This document shows positions 11,755 through 24,424 of a DNA stretch of 34,476 bases, piece after piece; position 1 is the first letter of the stretch; the number at the start of each line of letters is the position of its first letter. The notes under the pieces were generated by a model. It was not told the DNA's origin. It searched no databases and saw nothing but the letters and a program-made list of their open reading frames with translations. This DNA is from Jimgerdemannia flammicorona (taxonomy: Eukaryota), in NCBI GenBank assembly GCA_003990765.1, contig RBNJ01000274.1, forward strand, positions 1-34,476, given 5' to 3'. The position numbers and the translations under genes are program-made.

Positions 11755-14700
11755 ACTGGTATCATTGACTCAGATTTTTAAGGGTAAGTTCAAGTTCTAC
11801 TTATCAACTAGAAGGATCAAGACTACACAGTTAAGGAAGGAGACCAAGTCATACAAATGATCCTAGAAAAAGCCAGTCAACTCAAGATTACAGAAGTTCA
11901 AGAACTCTCTGAAACCAAACAAGATCAAAAGGGTTTTGGCAGCACTGATCAAGTAGCAAGTCTTAGTGAAAATTAAGCTCAAGTTATGCTCATTTTTAAA
12001 GGCCTAGTTAAAGGAAAAGAAGTTCAAGTACTCATAGCCAGCAGAGCTGCAGAGAACTTCATCAATCAGAATCTCATTGAAAGCCTTAAGATTCTCACTA
12101 AGCCTGTACCCAAGAACAATAGTATAGTCACTACAGATGGTACTCTATAACCCATTAGTCAATTGCTGCCAAACTGCCTATCAAGATTCAGAAATATTGG
12201 GAATGAGTAGACTTTGAGATTACACTACTAGAAGATCATGATCTGATCTTAGAAAAACCCTGGCTTACAAAACACAACCCAGATATTGATTGGTGTAAGA
12301 ATGAAGTCACCTTACTTCAAGATGGAGCCAACATTATGATCAAGACAGACAAGACTACAAGTAAGATCCAGATTGCAACACTGTCAGCTATATAGTACAA
12401 GAAAGTACTCAAGAAGATAATACATGCCTTTATTGTAATGATCTATTCCAAGAAACAAGACAAGAGACTATCAGTCAATGAAAGCATCAAGCTACTACTA
12501 GAAAAATTCAAGGATGTCTTTTCAGACAAGCTATCTGGTCTACCACCTATATAAGAAGTTAATCATAAAATTAAACTGACTCCAAGAGCTGTACCACTCA
12601 AAAAACACATATACTGTATGTCACTACTCAAAATTGAAGTAGTCAAGAAGAAACTAGAAGAACTACTTATACAAGGAGCCATTCAGTCAAGTAAATCTCC
12701 TTATAGCTCACCAGTCTTATTCATTAAGAAGAAGGATAGTACCCTGTAAATGTACATAGACTATCATATACTCAACAAACTCACTGTCAAGAACTGCTAT
12801 CTACTATCCTTAATTGATCAAATCTTTGATACTCTCAAGAATGCCAAGTACTTCATTAAGCTAGACCTTATGTCAGGATACTACTAGATTTGAATCAAGC
12901 CAGAAGACATTCCCAAGACTGCATTTATAACCTCCTTTGGACTTTACAAATTCCTGGTCTTAGCATTTGATCTCACCAATGCACCCACTACATTTCAGAA
13001 CCTAATAAATAAGATATTCAAGGACTAACTATTTCTTTTCCTATTGGTATATCTTGATGATATTCTGATTTTTAGTACAACTAAAGAAGAATACCTCAAA
13101 TATATTTGAATAATTCTGAAGATTCAGTGAAAACACAAGCTTTATACCAAGCTCAAGAAGTGTGAATTTTTTAAGAAATAATTCAAATATTTTGACCACA
13201 TTGTCTCTACATAAGAGATTCAAGTAGACCCATACAAGATAGAAGCAATTGAAGAATAGACCATTCCATCAAACCTCATAGAACTCCAATCCTTCCTTGG
13301 TCTAGCTAGCTATTACTACTGCTTTGTCAGAAACTTCTCTAGCATTGCTGAGCCACTGACCAACCTCATGAGGAAGACTCTACACTCAGACCACTATATA
13401 TCCTATATCTGAGACCTCTTCTATCAACAAGCCTTTCAAGAACTCAAGAACTGTCTGACCCATGCTCCAGTCCTGCATAATGCAGATCAAGACCTAAAAT
13501 TCACAATCACCACTAATGTGTCAAATTTTACCATTAGAGCAGTTCTGTCATAAGATGATGGCAAAGAACATTACTCTATTGCTTTTGAGTCCTATAAGCT
13601 GGCCCTAGCTGAACAAAAGCTAGCCACTCATGAGATGGAACTACTAGTAATAATATATACACTAGACCACTGGCAATGCTATCTAGAAGATATTGAGTTT
13701 GATGCTATTACTGATCATCAATCTCTCAAGTACATTAACACCCAATCTACTCTGTCATGTTTACAAGCCAAGTAGAGCCTCAAGCTTCAAACCTTCAATC
13801 TGATGATCATCTACAAGCCTGGTAAGACACTTGTAGTACCAGATGTCTTATCAAGATATCCAGACCTCACCACAATCATATAGGTCACCTTGGCATCAGA
13901 ATTCTTAGACCAGATCAGATAAGCTTATAAAGAAGATACAGTTGCCACTAGAGTTTTCTTGAATAAGCTCAAGGATACATATACTGTTGAGAACAACCTG
14001 ATCTACTATCAAGATTAAGTCTATCTATCTGAAAACATAAATCTATACTATAAGGTTTTGCAAGAACACTATGACTCCCCTCTTGTCAGTTACCTGGGAA
14101 TTGAGAAGACTGTCAAGAACATCCAACACTACTACTATTGGCCAAATATGGTCAAGGAAATCAAGAACTATATTGTCAGCTGTAATCTATATCAGTGCAA
14201 CAAGTCTACCAACTAAGTTTGCTATAACTATTACTAATTTCTATCAAGAAGTTCGAGTAAGTTACCATGGACTTTATAACTCAACTACCACAAACTCAAT
14301 CTGGTGATGATGCTATCATCATATTTGTTGACCACTAGACCAAGACTATAGTTACTGAACCAACCACTACCAATGCTACTATACCCAAGATTGCAAGAAT
14401 CTTCTTCAAGTCCATCTTCTGTCACTATGGTCTACTATGAGTAATTGTCAGTGATCATAACCCCAAGTTCACCAGTTACTTCTGGTAAACCCTCTTCAAG
14501 ACTCTGGGAATTCAATTGGCTATGTCTACTATCTTTCATCTACAAACTGATAGACAAACTGAGCATATGAACAGAACTTTAGAACAAATGCTCAGAAACT
14601 ATGTTTCTTACAAGCAAGATAATTAGAACCACTATCTGACTTATATAGAGTTTGTATATAACAATGCTATCCAATCATCTACTGGTCTTTCCCCTTTTCA

Positions 14701-15342
14701 GTTACTCCACAGTCAAGATCCTGAGATCTCTGCAAGTCTATTTTCTTTTAAGAAAAGCAGTCAAATACAAGTTCCAACTACTAAGAACCTTACAGACAAA
14801 ATGGATGAACTACTCAAGATTGTTACTGTGAATCTTCAGAAGACTCAACAGCATCAAACCAAGTATGCTGACAAGAAACACCATAATGTCACTTACACTA
14901 TTAAAGATCAATCCTACTGTCTACTGAGAACCTCAAGATATAATCTCAAGTTAACTGCCCTTCAAACAAGTTCCAATCCAAGTATATTGGACCTTTTGAG
15001 ATTACTGAACAAGTCTCTGCATTCTCCTATCACCTCAAGCTACCTGAAATAATGAGAGTATATCCAGTCTTTCTTGTATCACACCTTAAGACCTGGAACT
15101 AGTCACCACTCTACCTTAGTTGAATTTCTAAGCCTTCTGCTCCTGTGATTATTGAAGATCATATCAAGTATGAAGCTGAGAAGATTCTTGACAAACAAAT
15201 CCACCACTGCCATCCTGAATATCTAGTTAAGTAAATGGGTTACTCTGAATATGATGCTACCTGGGAACCACTGGTCAATCTTAAGAACTCTCAAGATCTA
15301 GTTCAAGATTTCAAGACAAAATGTATTATCCAATCTCTATAG
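11755..15342 (+). pseudogene. Element C remainder: C-terminal dUTPase, protease, RT, RNase H, integrase, chromodomain
   Basis: Collinear nucleotide homologue of D 7394-10983, with YLDD near 13049-13060. Many stops and small indels. Confidence 0.92.
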
Positions 15343-15647
15343 TGACTTTCTTGGATTGTTGATGACCTATGGTAAAGACCAGTGTCTTATACATTAGAAG
15401 TTTACTTTGGGACCCCAGAACCAGCAGAATATTTAATAAATAAGAAGTCTACTAAAATGAAGTTATGTACTAGCTGAGTTTGAACCCCTCTCAGTTAGTT
15501 AGTCTAATAATAGGTTCTCTGCCCTATACAAGGATGGCCAATCTCTGCCAATGTGCCAATATAAGTTTGAGAAATTTTGGTTAAGTATATTTAGTCTTAT
15601 GTTATCTAAGAACTCAATAAGGACATTGGTTCTTAAGGAGAGAGGGA

Positions 15648-16111
15648 TATAACAATTTCACTATCATATTTAGTCTTAGTATATTTTCACATCTTTTAGT
15701 TAGTCTTTTCTTATCATTTCTTTAATATTCTACTATGTTCCACCACCTTCTACTTGCTTAGAAACCTCCTCTCAGTACCCAGATACTACTAGAACATTTT
15801 TATCTTTCCTTAGTATTAAGTATCTTGGCTTAGCTAGCCATGGAACCTTTCAGAACATTGTAGAATAGTATTAATCAGCTTTGTCAAGAATCCATTTTTT
15901 GGTATTTCTCTTTCTTTTCAAGATCCTTCCAGATCTTTCTTTCAGATCATATATAAATATCCTTGTTCTCTATCTGAATAAAGCTCAGAATATTTTCTTC
16001 CAGAAATCCTTCAAGAACACTTGAACCTTTAAGTATCTCTTCAAGCTATTTTAGATCAACTAGAACTTTCAGATTTAGCTGCTTCCTCTTAAAGAAACTA
16101 GAACCATTACA
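15648..16111 (+). repeat. Element C 3' LTR (464 bp)
   Basis: TATAAC (TG>TA)...ATTACA termini, PPT AAGGAGAGAGGGA at 15635-15647, followed by TSD ATATC. Confidence 0.95.
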
Positions 16112-18705
16112 ATATCACTGATAAGGAACAGTAGTTGGTAATCCTTCTTTGTAGCCAGGTTGAGCTTTCTGTAATTGATACAGAGTCTTGGGGCAAATTC
16201 TTCTAATTTGCTTCCTTTTTTTAGAGTCAATATGACTGGTGAAGTCTAAGGACTGCTAGCTTCTTTGATGATACCAACTTCTTCCATCTGCTTGCTTTCT
16301 TCTCTAAGCTATTCACAATAGGCTGATAGAATTGGTCTTACTTTTTTGTAGATTGGTTCAGTATCTTCTATATCTATATCATGATAGTAATGTGGAATCT
16401 TTTCCTTGATATCCTTGAAGTCTGTGGCTAGGATATCCTCGAATTTATAGAGTATCTTCTTGAGTTCCTTCTTGAGTGGAAATTTATTTCTGATAGTGTA
16501 GCTATGCTTATTTGTGGTTTCCTCCTTCTTGTGATCTAGTTCTGTGATCTTGGTACTAGTAAATACTCCTCTTTCAGTAGATCTGAATCCTTTCTTTCCT
16601 CTTTCTATTTTCTCCAACTTCTTGACTTCTATGATCTTTGGCTGAAGAACTGGGAAGATCAACATCTGTATCAATCAGTTCTTCTTCTTGATTGGAAATA
16701 GAATTATAGAGTTGTAATTTCTAGCAATGAGTAGTATTTTCTCAATATAGTCTGAATCAATGACTTCTTCTTCAATAGTAATCTCACTTTTGGCCAGGCT
16801 GCTTCTTATCTTGAGGATCCCAACATAGTCCTTTGAAATGGTCATTTCTAGACCAGTTATAAGTAGAATGGTTGTCTGAAGCTCTAGTATAGTTTTCTCT
16901 ACTATAGTGATATCTATTCCAGCTATATTCTCTGACTTATATTCTAGTAGAACTGTATTAAGGTGGATTTTCAAATCTTGATCTTGATTTCTTCTTCATC
17001 ATCACTGTCCTCTAAGAGGGCTGGTGGTTTGTCATCCTCTTCCTCCTCCTTTTTTATCTTGTCTGTTTCTCAAGAGTCTTCTGTCATCTTTTATGATAGA
17101 TTTTCTTTATTCTGCTGATACACTGATAGCAATCATCAATATATTTCATATAGTACATCTTGATTCTATAAGGACAGACTTCTTGTAGTATATATCCTTT
17201 AATGATTCTTTTGCACCATTCTTCTTTACTGATCCATTCAACTTTCTTTTTCTTTTTCTGAGTAGTTACCATATAGGCTTCTTCTTGCTTACTTTCTTCT
17301 TCCTCTATCTCAGACAGCACTCTTTTATTGATATTGATTGGAATTTATATCTTCTGACCTCAGTAGATGATCTGTATCTTCTGAGTATTTAGATTGATTA
17401 TTACTCTGACTTTGTGAAGCTACTGATTGCTAATTAGGATATCTTGGATCTTTTCCAAAAGTGTAGCTCTTATATCATCTGCTATGATGAATACTAATTT
17501 AGTTACTTCTTCAATCTCTCAACCTAGGTAATCTGTTGCTTTCTTGCTGAGGATACTTGAAAGTCTTGGTTTTGTGAAGTTCTTCTCCTTTTCTCCTTTA
17601 CTGACTGAGATAGTTCTTTAAATAATATCTTGAACAGCCTATTCTAGCTCTATATCTTGATCTATTTCTTTATTTTAACTTTCTATAGTAGTTTCTATCT
17701 ATTTTTCCACAGAGTTCTTCTTAGGTCTCTCTGGTAGTCTCTTATAGAGTTTGCTTGCAGACATCCTTCTTAACAGTCTCAGCAGAGTAGGCTTTCTATT
17801 CTTCTTTATCTGATTCCCCAATCTCCTTGAAGATAATAGTGTTGACCTATTTCTTATTCCTTATAATATTACTTAGCTGAGCCTTGTATTTGATTTTACT
17901 CATATATTCATATAAGTAGTAGCCTTCTTCTTCACAGGTATAGCAGATACCTCTCTTTTTGTCTGAGATGATAGCAAACTTCTGAACTGAGTAGTGCTCT
18001 CTTCCTCTAATTTCCTTTACTACATCTCTAAGATAGATAGTCATTTTGACAAACTTCTTAACAAGTTCCTCTATAGGATTGCTATTTCTCTATTACTCTG
18101 TAGCTCTTGACTAAGATGTGTTTTGATTGATCACTATGGTAGAAATTATACTGATTGCCTTGAGTGCTTCAATTCTAACTCCAGTAACTCTTTCTATTAT
18201 ATAATCTTATAGATATCTGGCTATCTAATATTACTAAGTATAGGGAATCTTTTATACTAGATTCAAGACTACTAGTGATGAGCAGATGGCCAGAGTTATC
18301 TCTGAGTAGACTTTCTTCATCAGCTACTTGATCTCAGATAGCAGCAGCATAATCTATAAGAATTATCTAATATTGAATTCTAGTATAGAATGTGTTTGAA
18401 TCCTTGCTTATTTCTTGATAAGTTATATTGAGCTGATTCTTTATGGCTTACTTGATCTTATCTATATAGTAGGTGGTTCAGAGCCAGGTCTTCTGTTCTA
18501 TTAGTATAGTATTAGTATTATTTTCTATATAGGTTATAGCTGTAAATACTGCTCTTACAGGACCTTGTAGACTGAAGGACATGAGGGCTACTTGCTGTAC
18601 TACTATCAGAGTCCTTATAGTAGTATACTGCTAGAAATCATCAATGAATGTGATGATTAATTCATCTGAGATATATCTATAGAATACTAGTGATCTCATA
18701 TCCAT
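16112..18705 (-). pseudogene. Element A gag, partial protease, dUTPase (~16575-16975) and N-terminal RT
   Basis: ATG 18705 (MDMRSLVFY, parallel to B MEMCPSTFY); decayed knuckle ICYTCEEEGYY; protease C-terminal half; dUTPase AGIDI, IRSSLAK, VIDSDY, RGKKGFRST; RT start PRLCINYRKLN. Confidence 0.88.
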
Positions 18706-18819
18706 CTTGTCTAGATGTCTTAATTTGATTTATATGATTGTTTAAGTGGTAGCAGTTGTTCATTGTTCAGCTTAAAAGTGAGGAATTCATCTGGAATCAC
18801 CAGTCAATAGACACTAAGT

Positions 18820-19259
18820 TATAATATAGTAGATATGTAACTATATAAGTATGTCTGATTTCTATATCTTGAAAACTTAATTTTCTTTGATGCTACAGAG
18901 TTCTCAGATTGTAGAGATAGATGAGTTTGAAGTATATCTGCCCATAGACTTACTAGTTCCTTTGCTTTCTCTTTACTTTGAACCATTTTAATCTGAGGTT
19001 TATTTACTCTAGATACTGAGATATTTATATAAGTTTTTTAGCTATAAGATGGCTAAGTTATAACTATGTTTTCTGTAAGTCATTTTCTATAAGTATAGAT
19101 CCTCTATATCTGTAAAATTTCTATATTTGTAAAGTTTTTATATTTATAAAATATGGCTACTATTTGTAAGACTATACTATATTTAGGAATTAGATTCAGG
19201 TGCTATAATTAAATATCTATTTCTCTGATTCATATTCCTAATTTGGATCAACTATCATA
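18820..19259 (-). repeat. Element A 5' LTR
   Basis: Homologue of 780-1219, with adjacent PBS-like sequence at ~18799-18816 shared with element B. Confidence 0.92.
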
Positions 19260-19360
19260 ATAGATTATTATATAATTGATTTTGTAAACTCTTTATAATC
19301 AGTTAGACTTATAATAAAATATACAAATCTTCATATAGTCTAATATAGTATATATCGACT

Positions 19361-19650
19361 GTTTACAATAGTTACCTTGGACCTCTAATCTTTTTCTCAA
19401 ATACTTCAAATATAGTAGTCATATTCTCCAGAACAGCCATCACTATTATATTCTCTAGAGTTACTATTACCTAAAATACAATATTAGAAGTCATCATTAT
19501 AAGTATCTATAGTTTATAATATAGTTACTTTAGAGCTTTAATCTTTTTCTCAAATATCTCAAATATAGTAGTTATGTTCTCTAGAACAGTTATTACTATA
19601 TATCATATTCTTAATAGATATCTCTAAAGCTACTATCATCTAAAGTATAA
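19361..19650. repeat. Degenerate tandem duplication, two units of ~150 bp
   Basis: atagttac..taatctttttctcaaata..tcaaatatagtagt..ttctc.agaacag occurs at ~19368 and ~19521. Confidence 0.7.
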
Positions 19651-19739
19651 CCATTGCTATATTAAAATTAACTATCAGTTCTGAGATATATTCTGGAACA
19701 AAAAAACACTCTCTTATACAACTAGTATATATGATATAA

Positions 19740-21066
19740 AATTTAAAAAACTTCAATATATTGCTAATTCTAATGATAAAGAAGAAGCAGAACTACTAAA
19801 GATAGATTTATATGAGAAAGATGATAATTTTAGTATACCAAATAGTAATACTGATAATATTAATCAAACTTCTAAAGATGAGTATGTTCTAAATTCAACT
19901 TTATATTAGATTAGTAAGTTGAATAGATATAGTATTTCTGAGATATTATAGAAAAATGAAAAAAATTTATCAAAGAGATTAACTGGATATATATTATTCT
20001 TAAAGAACTATAATTATTTAATATTCTATATAGATAAGGACATCTTTCTATAAAACTCTCTGATGAGCTTCTTTATAAATTTGCAAATAACAATTTGACT
20101 ATAAAGGAGAAACTTATTCAGTTTTAGAATATATAGCAAATATATAAGATTCTTGATATAGCTATAAGTACTAATATAGTAAATATTTGAGTTATATATA
20201 ATATATAAAGAAAGATTTATAGAGTTTAATCTACATTTATTTATAAGAATTTCAAATTAAAAAGTCATAAGTATGAAAGTTGGAGAGGTCCTATAATACT
20301 ATATTATTATAATATGATTGCTCTGATACAGAATATAATAAGTAATTCAATATTTAAAACTATATATCATTTACTATAGTATACTATTTCAAAAAGAAAG
20401 ATATTTACTGATATAGTGAAATTCACTAAAGTATATTCTGATGGGAAATATAGGTAAGTAAATAGTTTTAAGATTATATATTAAAATTCTAGAGCTAAAT
20501 AAAGTAAGTAATATTATATTTCTAAAACAATTTTGAAGCTAGTATAATAATCATTTCCATTCTTCTTAAAATAGATAAAATATATATCAATCTTCTAGGA
20601 TGAACAAAAATGTATTCTCTTTATATAATAATTGACAACATATACAAAAGAATCTAAAAAAAATATTCAAGAAATACATATTAAGTTCTTGCATACTTTT
20701 CTATATTAGAGAGTACTAAAATTGAATAAGAACAGTCTGTATTCAGACTTGCAAAATAGAATCTATATCACCTTTATATGATGGAATATTTAAAACTAAT
20801 TAATTTAAATATCTCACTTTTAACTATTCTTCAATTATTTTTATAGAGTATATATTATAAAGAGATCTGATAGTAAGCTCTAGAACTACTATCCTGTCTT
20901 ATTTTTAATAGTTATAAACTATCCTGAATTATGCTTATTAGTACTAGTATATTCTAAAATAGTTTGCTCAATATACATTATACCTCAGGAGAAATTTGAT
21001 AATTTATCTTCAATATTTGCATTTTAGGATCCTATTTTAATATTGAGAGCAATTCATGATATGTAT
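19740..21066 (+). pseudogene. Plavaka-type DNA transposase, N-terminal and central part (decayed)
   Basis: Manual translation: YYYNMIALIQNIISNSIF; IIISILLKIDKIYINLLG*TKMYSLYIIIDNIYKRI*KKYS..VLAYF..AK*NLYHLYM; SDSKL*NYYPVLFLIVINYPELCLL..CSIY. These follow the order of Plavaka motifs as I recall them (PIILxSDKT..PxYLTIGNI..ADYPEQCL..CPxC). Start coordinate is approximate. Confidence 0.75.
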
Positions 21067-21625
21067 TGTTATGTAGTGGTCACTGAGTCCTTCAAATATG
21101 CCAGATTCTCTTCAAGGTATATCTCTTAGACTAACTCAAGTTTGTTATAAGCAAATTCTTATTAAAGTACCTTTCCAAGGTCTTATAGTTCTCAAACTTC
21201 TTATTTTTAACTATCTTGTTATCTCTTAGATTGCTTGTAAGGAAGTATATATATTGCACTAAGAAGACTATATTATATACATTGTCATATAGTGAATATT
21301 GAGTCTTTCAAATACATCAGATTCTCTTCAAGATATATCTCTTAGACTAACTACAAGTTTGTTATAAGTAAGTTCTTATTGGAGTGCCTTCCCAAGATCT
21401 TATAGTCCTCAAAATTCTTATCTTTAAACTGTCTTATTATCTCTTAGATTGCTTGCAAGAAAGTGTATATATTGTACTGAGAGAAACTAACTTCATTTTA
21501 GAGGAAATAAGAGGGGTGTTTATACAAAATATAATTCAATGGTTGCTAAGATATAAAGCTAAATATAAATTCTAATAACTAAAACTACAAAGTTCCAGGG
21601 TTGGCACTGATAGTTGTACAGATTC

Positions 21626-21826
21626 AGGATGCTGGTATAATTCAGTATCACATCAGAATACTGGTGCTGGAACAATTTCACATTATCTCAGAATGCCAGT
21701 GCTGGTATTATCCAGTGTTACATCAAAATACCAGTACTGGAACAATTTTGCATCACCTCAGAATGCCAGTGCTGACATTATCCAGTGTTATATCAAAATT
21801 CCAGTGCTGGCATTATTCAGTGTAAC
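21626..21826. repeat. 35-bp tandem array (~6 units) in B 3' LTR
   Basis: Units start at 21626, 21661, 21696, 21731, 21766 and 21801 with core CCAGTGCTGG. Confidence 0.9.
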
Positions 21827-21833
21827 AAAGAAC

Positions 21834-22621
21834 TTAGAGCAGAAAGTTCAGGACCATGGGGGCTTCAACCTCATCATTACTGAAGGAGATGAGATCTGCG
21901 AATTCATCATTTTCATGTGCTTCGATGTTGCACAGGATGACATCATTGCTGATGATGTCATCATGTTTGGCAGGAAAATTGGGGGCTCTCCAATCTATGA
22001 GATTCTCTTCCACAAAATAAGGAACAAATGTGGGGTCTTGGGGAGGTCTAACCTGGATGCTTGGGCCTTGGAATACTGAGATCAATCCTTGTAAGAATTG
22101 ATCTGAGTTGTCCTGAAGGATGGAATACCAGAAGTCTTCTACTTCATCACTATTGAGAGTGATAGTGGACTGGGCTTCTGTAGCTACCCTGGCTTCTAGT
22201 GCATTGATACAGTGGGATGACAGGTCTCTGAAGTCTGAGACTCTAACATACTCCAAGTTGGGATCAACCATGGTGCATGCCTGAAGATCTGATGGATCTT
22301 CTTAGCTGTTCTTATCTCATATATATTCATAGGAGTGACATCTTATAGTTCTTGAGGGCTAGCCTGTGGGAACTCCCAGCAGAGGAGGTTTCCTATTTTA
22401 TACTCCTGCCACATTTGGAGGCATTCAGTAGCAATGGTGATCCTTGTTTCCATTTCATGGTAGTAGAGGATAAAGTGATAGAGATCTGCAGTACTCAGGT
22501 TGCCACTAGGAGTCCTTCTTAAGTGGGTTCTCATGGCTCTTCTGATGTCTTGGAATATCCTTTTCTCAACTGAGATGCCTTAGTGATTCCTTGACCTTGA
22601 GGTTTGGTGGGCAGCAGGCAT
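21834..22621 (-). pseudogene. LTR-embedded accessory ORF, B 3' LTR copy (stops plus a 1-bp deletion)
   Basis: ORF-track pieces 22343-22534 and 21834-22271 match the 5' LTR copy. ATG at 22621. Confidence 0.8.
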
Positions 22622-23177
22622 TTTATTTGTAGTAAGTCTTTGAGCTATTTTGGGATTAGTGGGTCTTGTTGGTTGCTGCTACTGTAGTTCCTTGATCCTT
22701 CTTTTATATTCCTCAAGATACTCATACTGTGGCCACAATGACTCACAGTTGGTCATCATTGCTCATCTCATATGCTGTATGATCTCCTTGTGCTCTGATC
22801 TGGTGACTTGTGAGGAAAGGCTGTTTCCTATGCTGATGTCATCATTCTGAGATCACTGTTACATCTTTTTCCTGAATAAGGATCTTCTTGATCATCCTTA
22901 TTCATTGGTCTAGTCCTGAAAAATTTGCTGATCCCATAACCTCTAACAAGGGGTTGAAAAGTGGTATTTATGGGCTGGCATCTTCCCTTTATATTTTGGT
23001 ATGATGGTGAAGAGTCGCTCCCTTTATATAGAGCAAGGGCCTGATTCTGATCTTGACCAATCAGTTGATGGTTCAAACTTCTTTGACTTCAAAAGTCTCA
23101 TAGATGAGTAGTTGCCAGTGCCATATCTCTTAGAGAATGGTCCAGACAGATAGCCTGCTAGTCATAGGACATGTTGT

Positions 23178-24424
23178 TATAATTCACAGACTAGAACCTT
23201 GTGGGTGGTCATCACATTTTACTTCTCTTGTATAGATTCATAGTACTTCTTGAGTTCCTATATACTATAGTAGGCAGTATGGTCCCTGAGATTTTTCTAA
23301 GCCAGAAGGTGGTTCCCTTGATATCTTATATATAGAAGGGTCCTTCCCATTTGGGCTCCAGTTTTCGTAACCATGAGGCTTCTACTATATTTCGATACAG
23401 TAGAACCTTTTCTTCAATTCAGATGAGTTCTAGGGCCTTGTGATTCTTTTCCACATTCTTCCTTATTAGTACTTGTGACTTGGTGATATAATCTTTAGCC
23501 TTCTTCCTGATTTGGTGTACATAGTCTCCGGATTTCTATATCAACCCATCTCCAGATTAGGTCTAGATTTGTGGCTGAGGTTCCATCAGAATCTTCTTCT
23601 CCAAAGAGCAGCTCTCTTGGGATAAAGTGTGTGCTCTGTGACTATATGTCTCATAGGATAGAGAGGGCAGTTGGGAGATAGTTATCCCAATTCTCATATA
23701 TCTCTGATATTTTCACTAGAATGTTCTTGAGGGTCTTGTTGGTTCTCTCTGTCTGTCCATTTCCTTGAGGGTAGTATACAGTGGTCTTGATGTACTGGAT
23801 CTTATATTTCTGATATATTATCTTGTGGAATCTATTGACAAATTCCATGCTGTGGTCTGTTGTGATTTGCTTTGGTGTCTTGTAGTAGCAGATGATTTCT
23901 CGGTGCAGAGAGTTAGCTATAGAGAGGACATTGGCTTCTTGTAATACTCCTGCCTCTATCCATTTGGTGAAGAGGTCTACAATAACTATAATATAGCAGT
24001 TTTCTGATAGTGTTACTGGTAGTGGCCCAATGATATCCATTGCAATGTGGTGGAAGGAGATAGGCTTAATTCTTGATGACCTGGGTGCCTGGTCTTGCTG
24101 ATCTTGTTTCTGTTTTTGGCACTTGTTACACCCTTTGACAAATTGGTATAGGTCTTCTTCTATCTTGGGCCACTATATAGTTCTTCTTACTTTGTCATAT
24201 ATATTGGTTCCTCCTAAGTATCCTTGCTCATGTACTTCCTTCATTACTTGATACTTCTTGTGTTTGGATATTACTAGCTTTCCTTCTTTTCTGAGTGTAG
24301 TATTGTCTAGTTCAAACTGTTTCCAAGTCTGGTTGATGATGGTGATTGTCCAGAGTTTAAAGTAGTTGGGAATCTTCCACTGCCCAAGATAGCTGATTAA
24401 TCCATAGTATAGCTCCTTATTCAT
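23178..24424 (-). pseudogene. Integrase of element B
   Basis: MNKELYYGLISYLG; H..GYLG..CNKC; MDIIGPLP, VDLFTKW, ITTDHSMEF, PQGNGQTERTNKTLK; KLEPKWEGPFYI (GPY/F). No chromodomain. Confidence 0.92.

Larger units (their letters stand above)
3941..16111 (+). mobile_element. Element C: chromodomain-containing Ty3/Gypsy (chromovirus) with dUTPase, inserted in the RT of element A
   Basis: LTRs 3941-4404 and 15648-16111. Perfect 5-bp TSD ATATC (3936-3940 and 16112-16116). PBS and PPT present. gag-dUT-PR-RT-RH-IN-chromodomain remnants. Confidence 0.95.
780..19259 (-). mobile_element. Element A: decayed full-length Ty3/Gypsy LTR retrotransposon (gag-PR-dUTPase-RT-RH, IN, accessory ORF), interrupted by nested elements C/D
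   Basis: Direct-repeat LTRs at 780-1219 and 18820-19259. PBS-like sequence next to 18820, PPT next to 1219. 4-bp flanks GTAG (776-779) and ATAG (19260-19263). Minus-strand gag, dUTPase, RT, RH and IN remnants in Gypsy order. Confidence 0.92.
21067..22863 (-). repeat. Element B 3' LTR (1797 bp)
   Basis: TGTTAT...GTTACA on the plus strand, collinear with 28007-29804. Minus-strand PPT AGGAAAAAGA is adjacent. Confidence 0.95.

Noticed and set aside
21626..21826. 35-bp repeats as a CRISPR array
   Set aside because: Units are contiguous with no unique spacers, lie within LTRs, and there are no cas genes. The context is eukaryotic.
21601..22079. Plus-strand ORFs 21601-21825, 21693-22079, 28550-28765, 28585-29019, 22650-22850, 29591-29791
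   Set aside because: They run through the tandem array or are antisense to the LTR sequence/ORF, with no motifs. Their recurrence is explained by LTR duplication.
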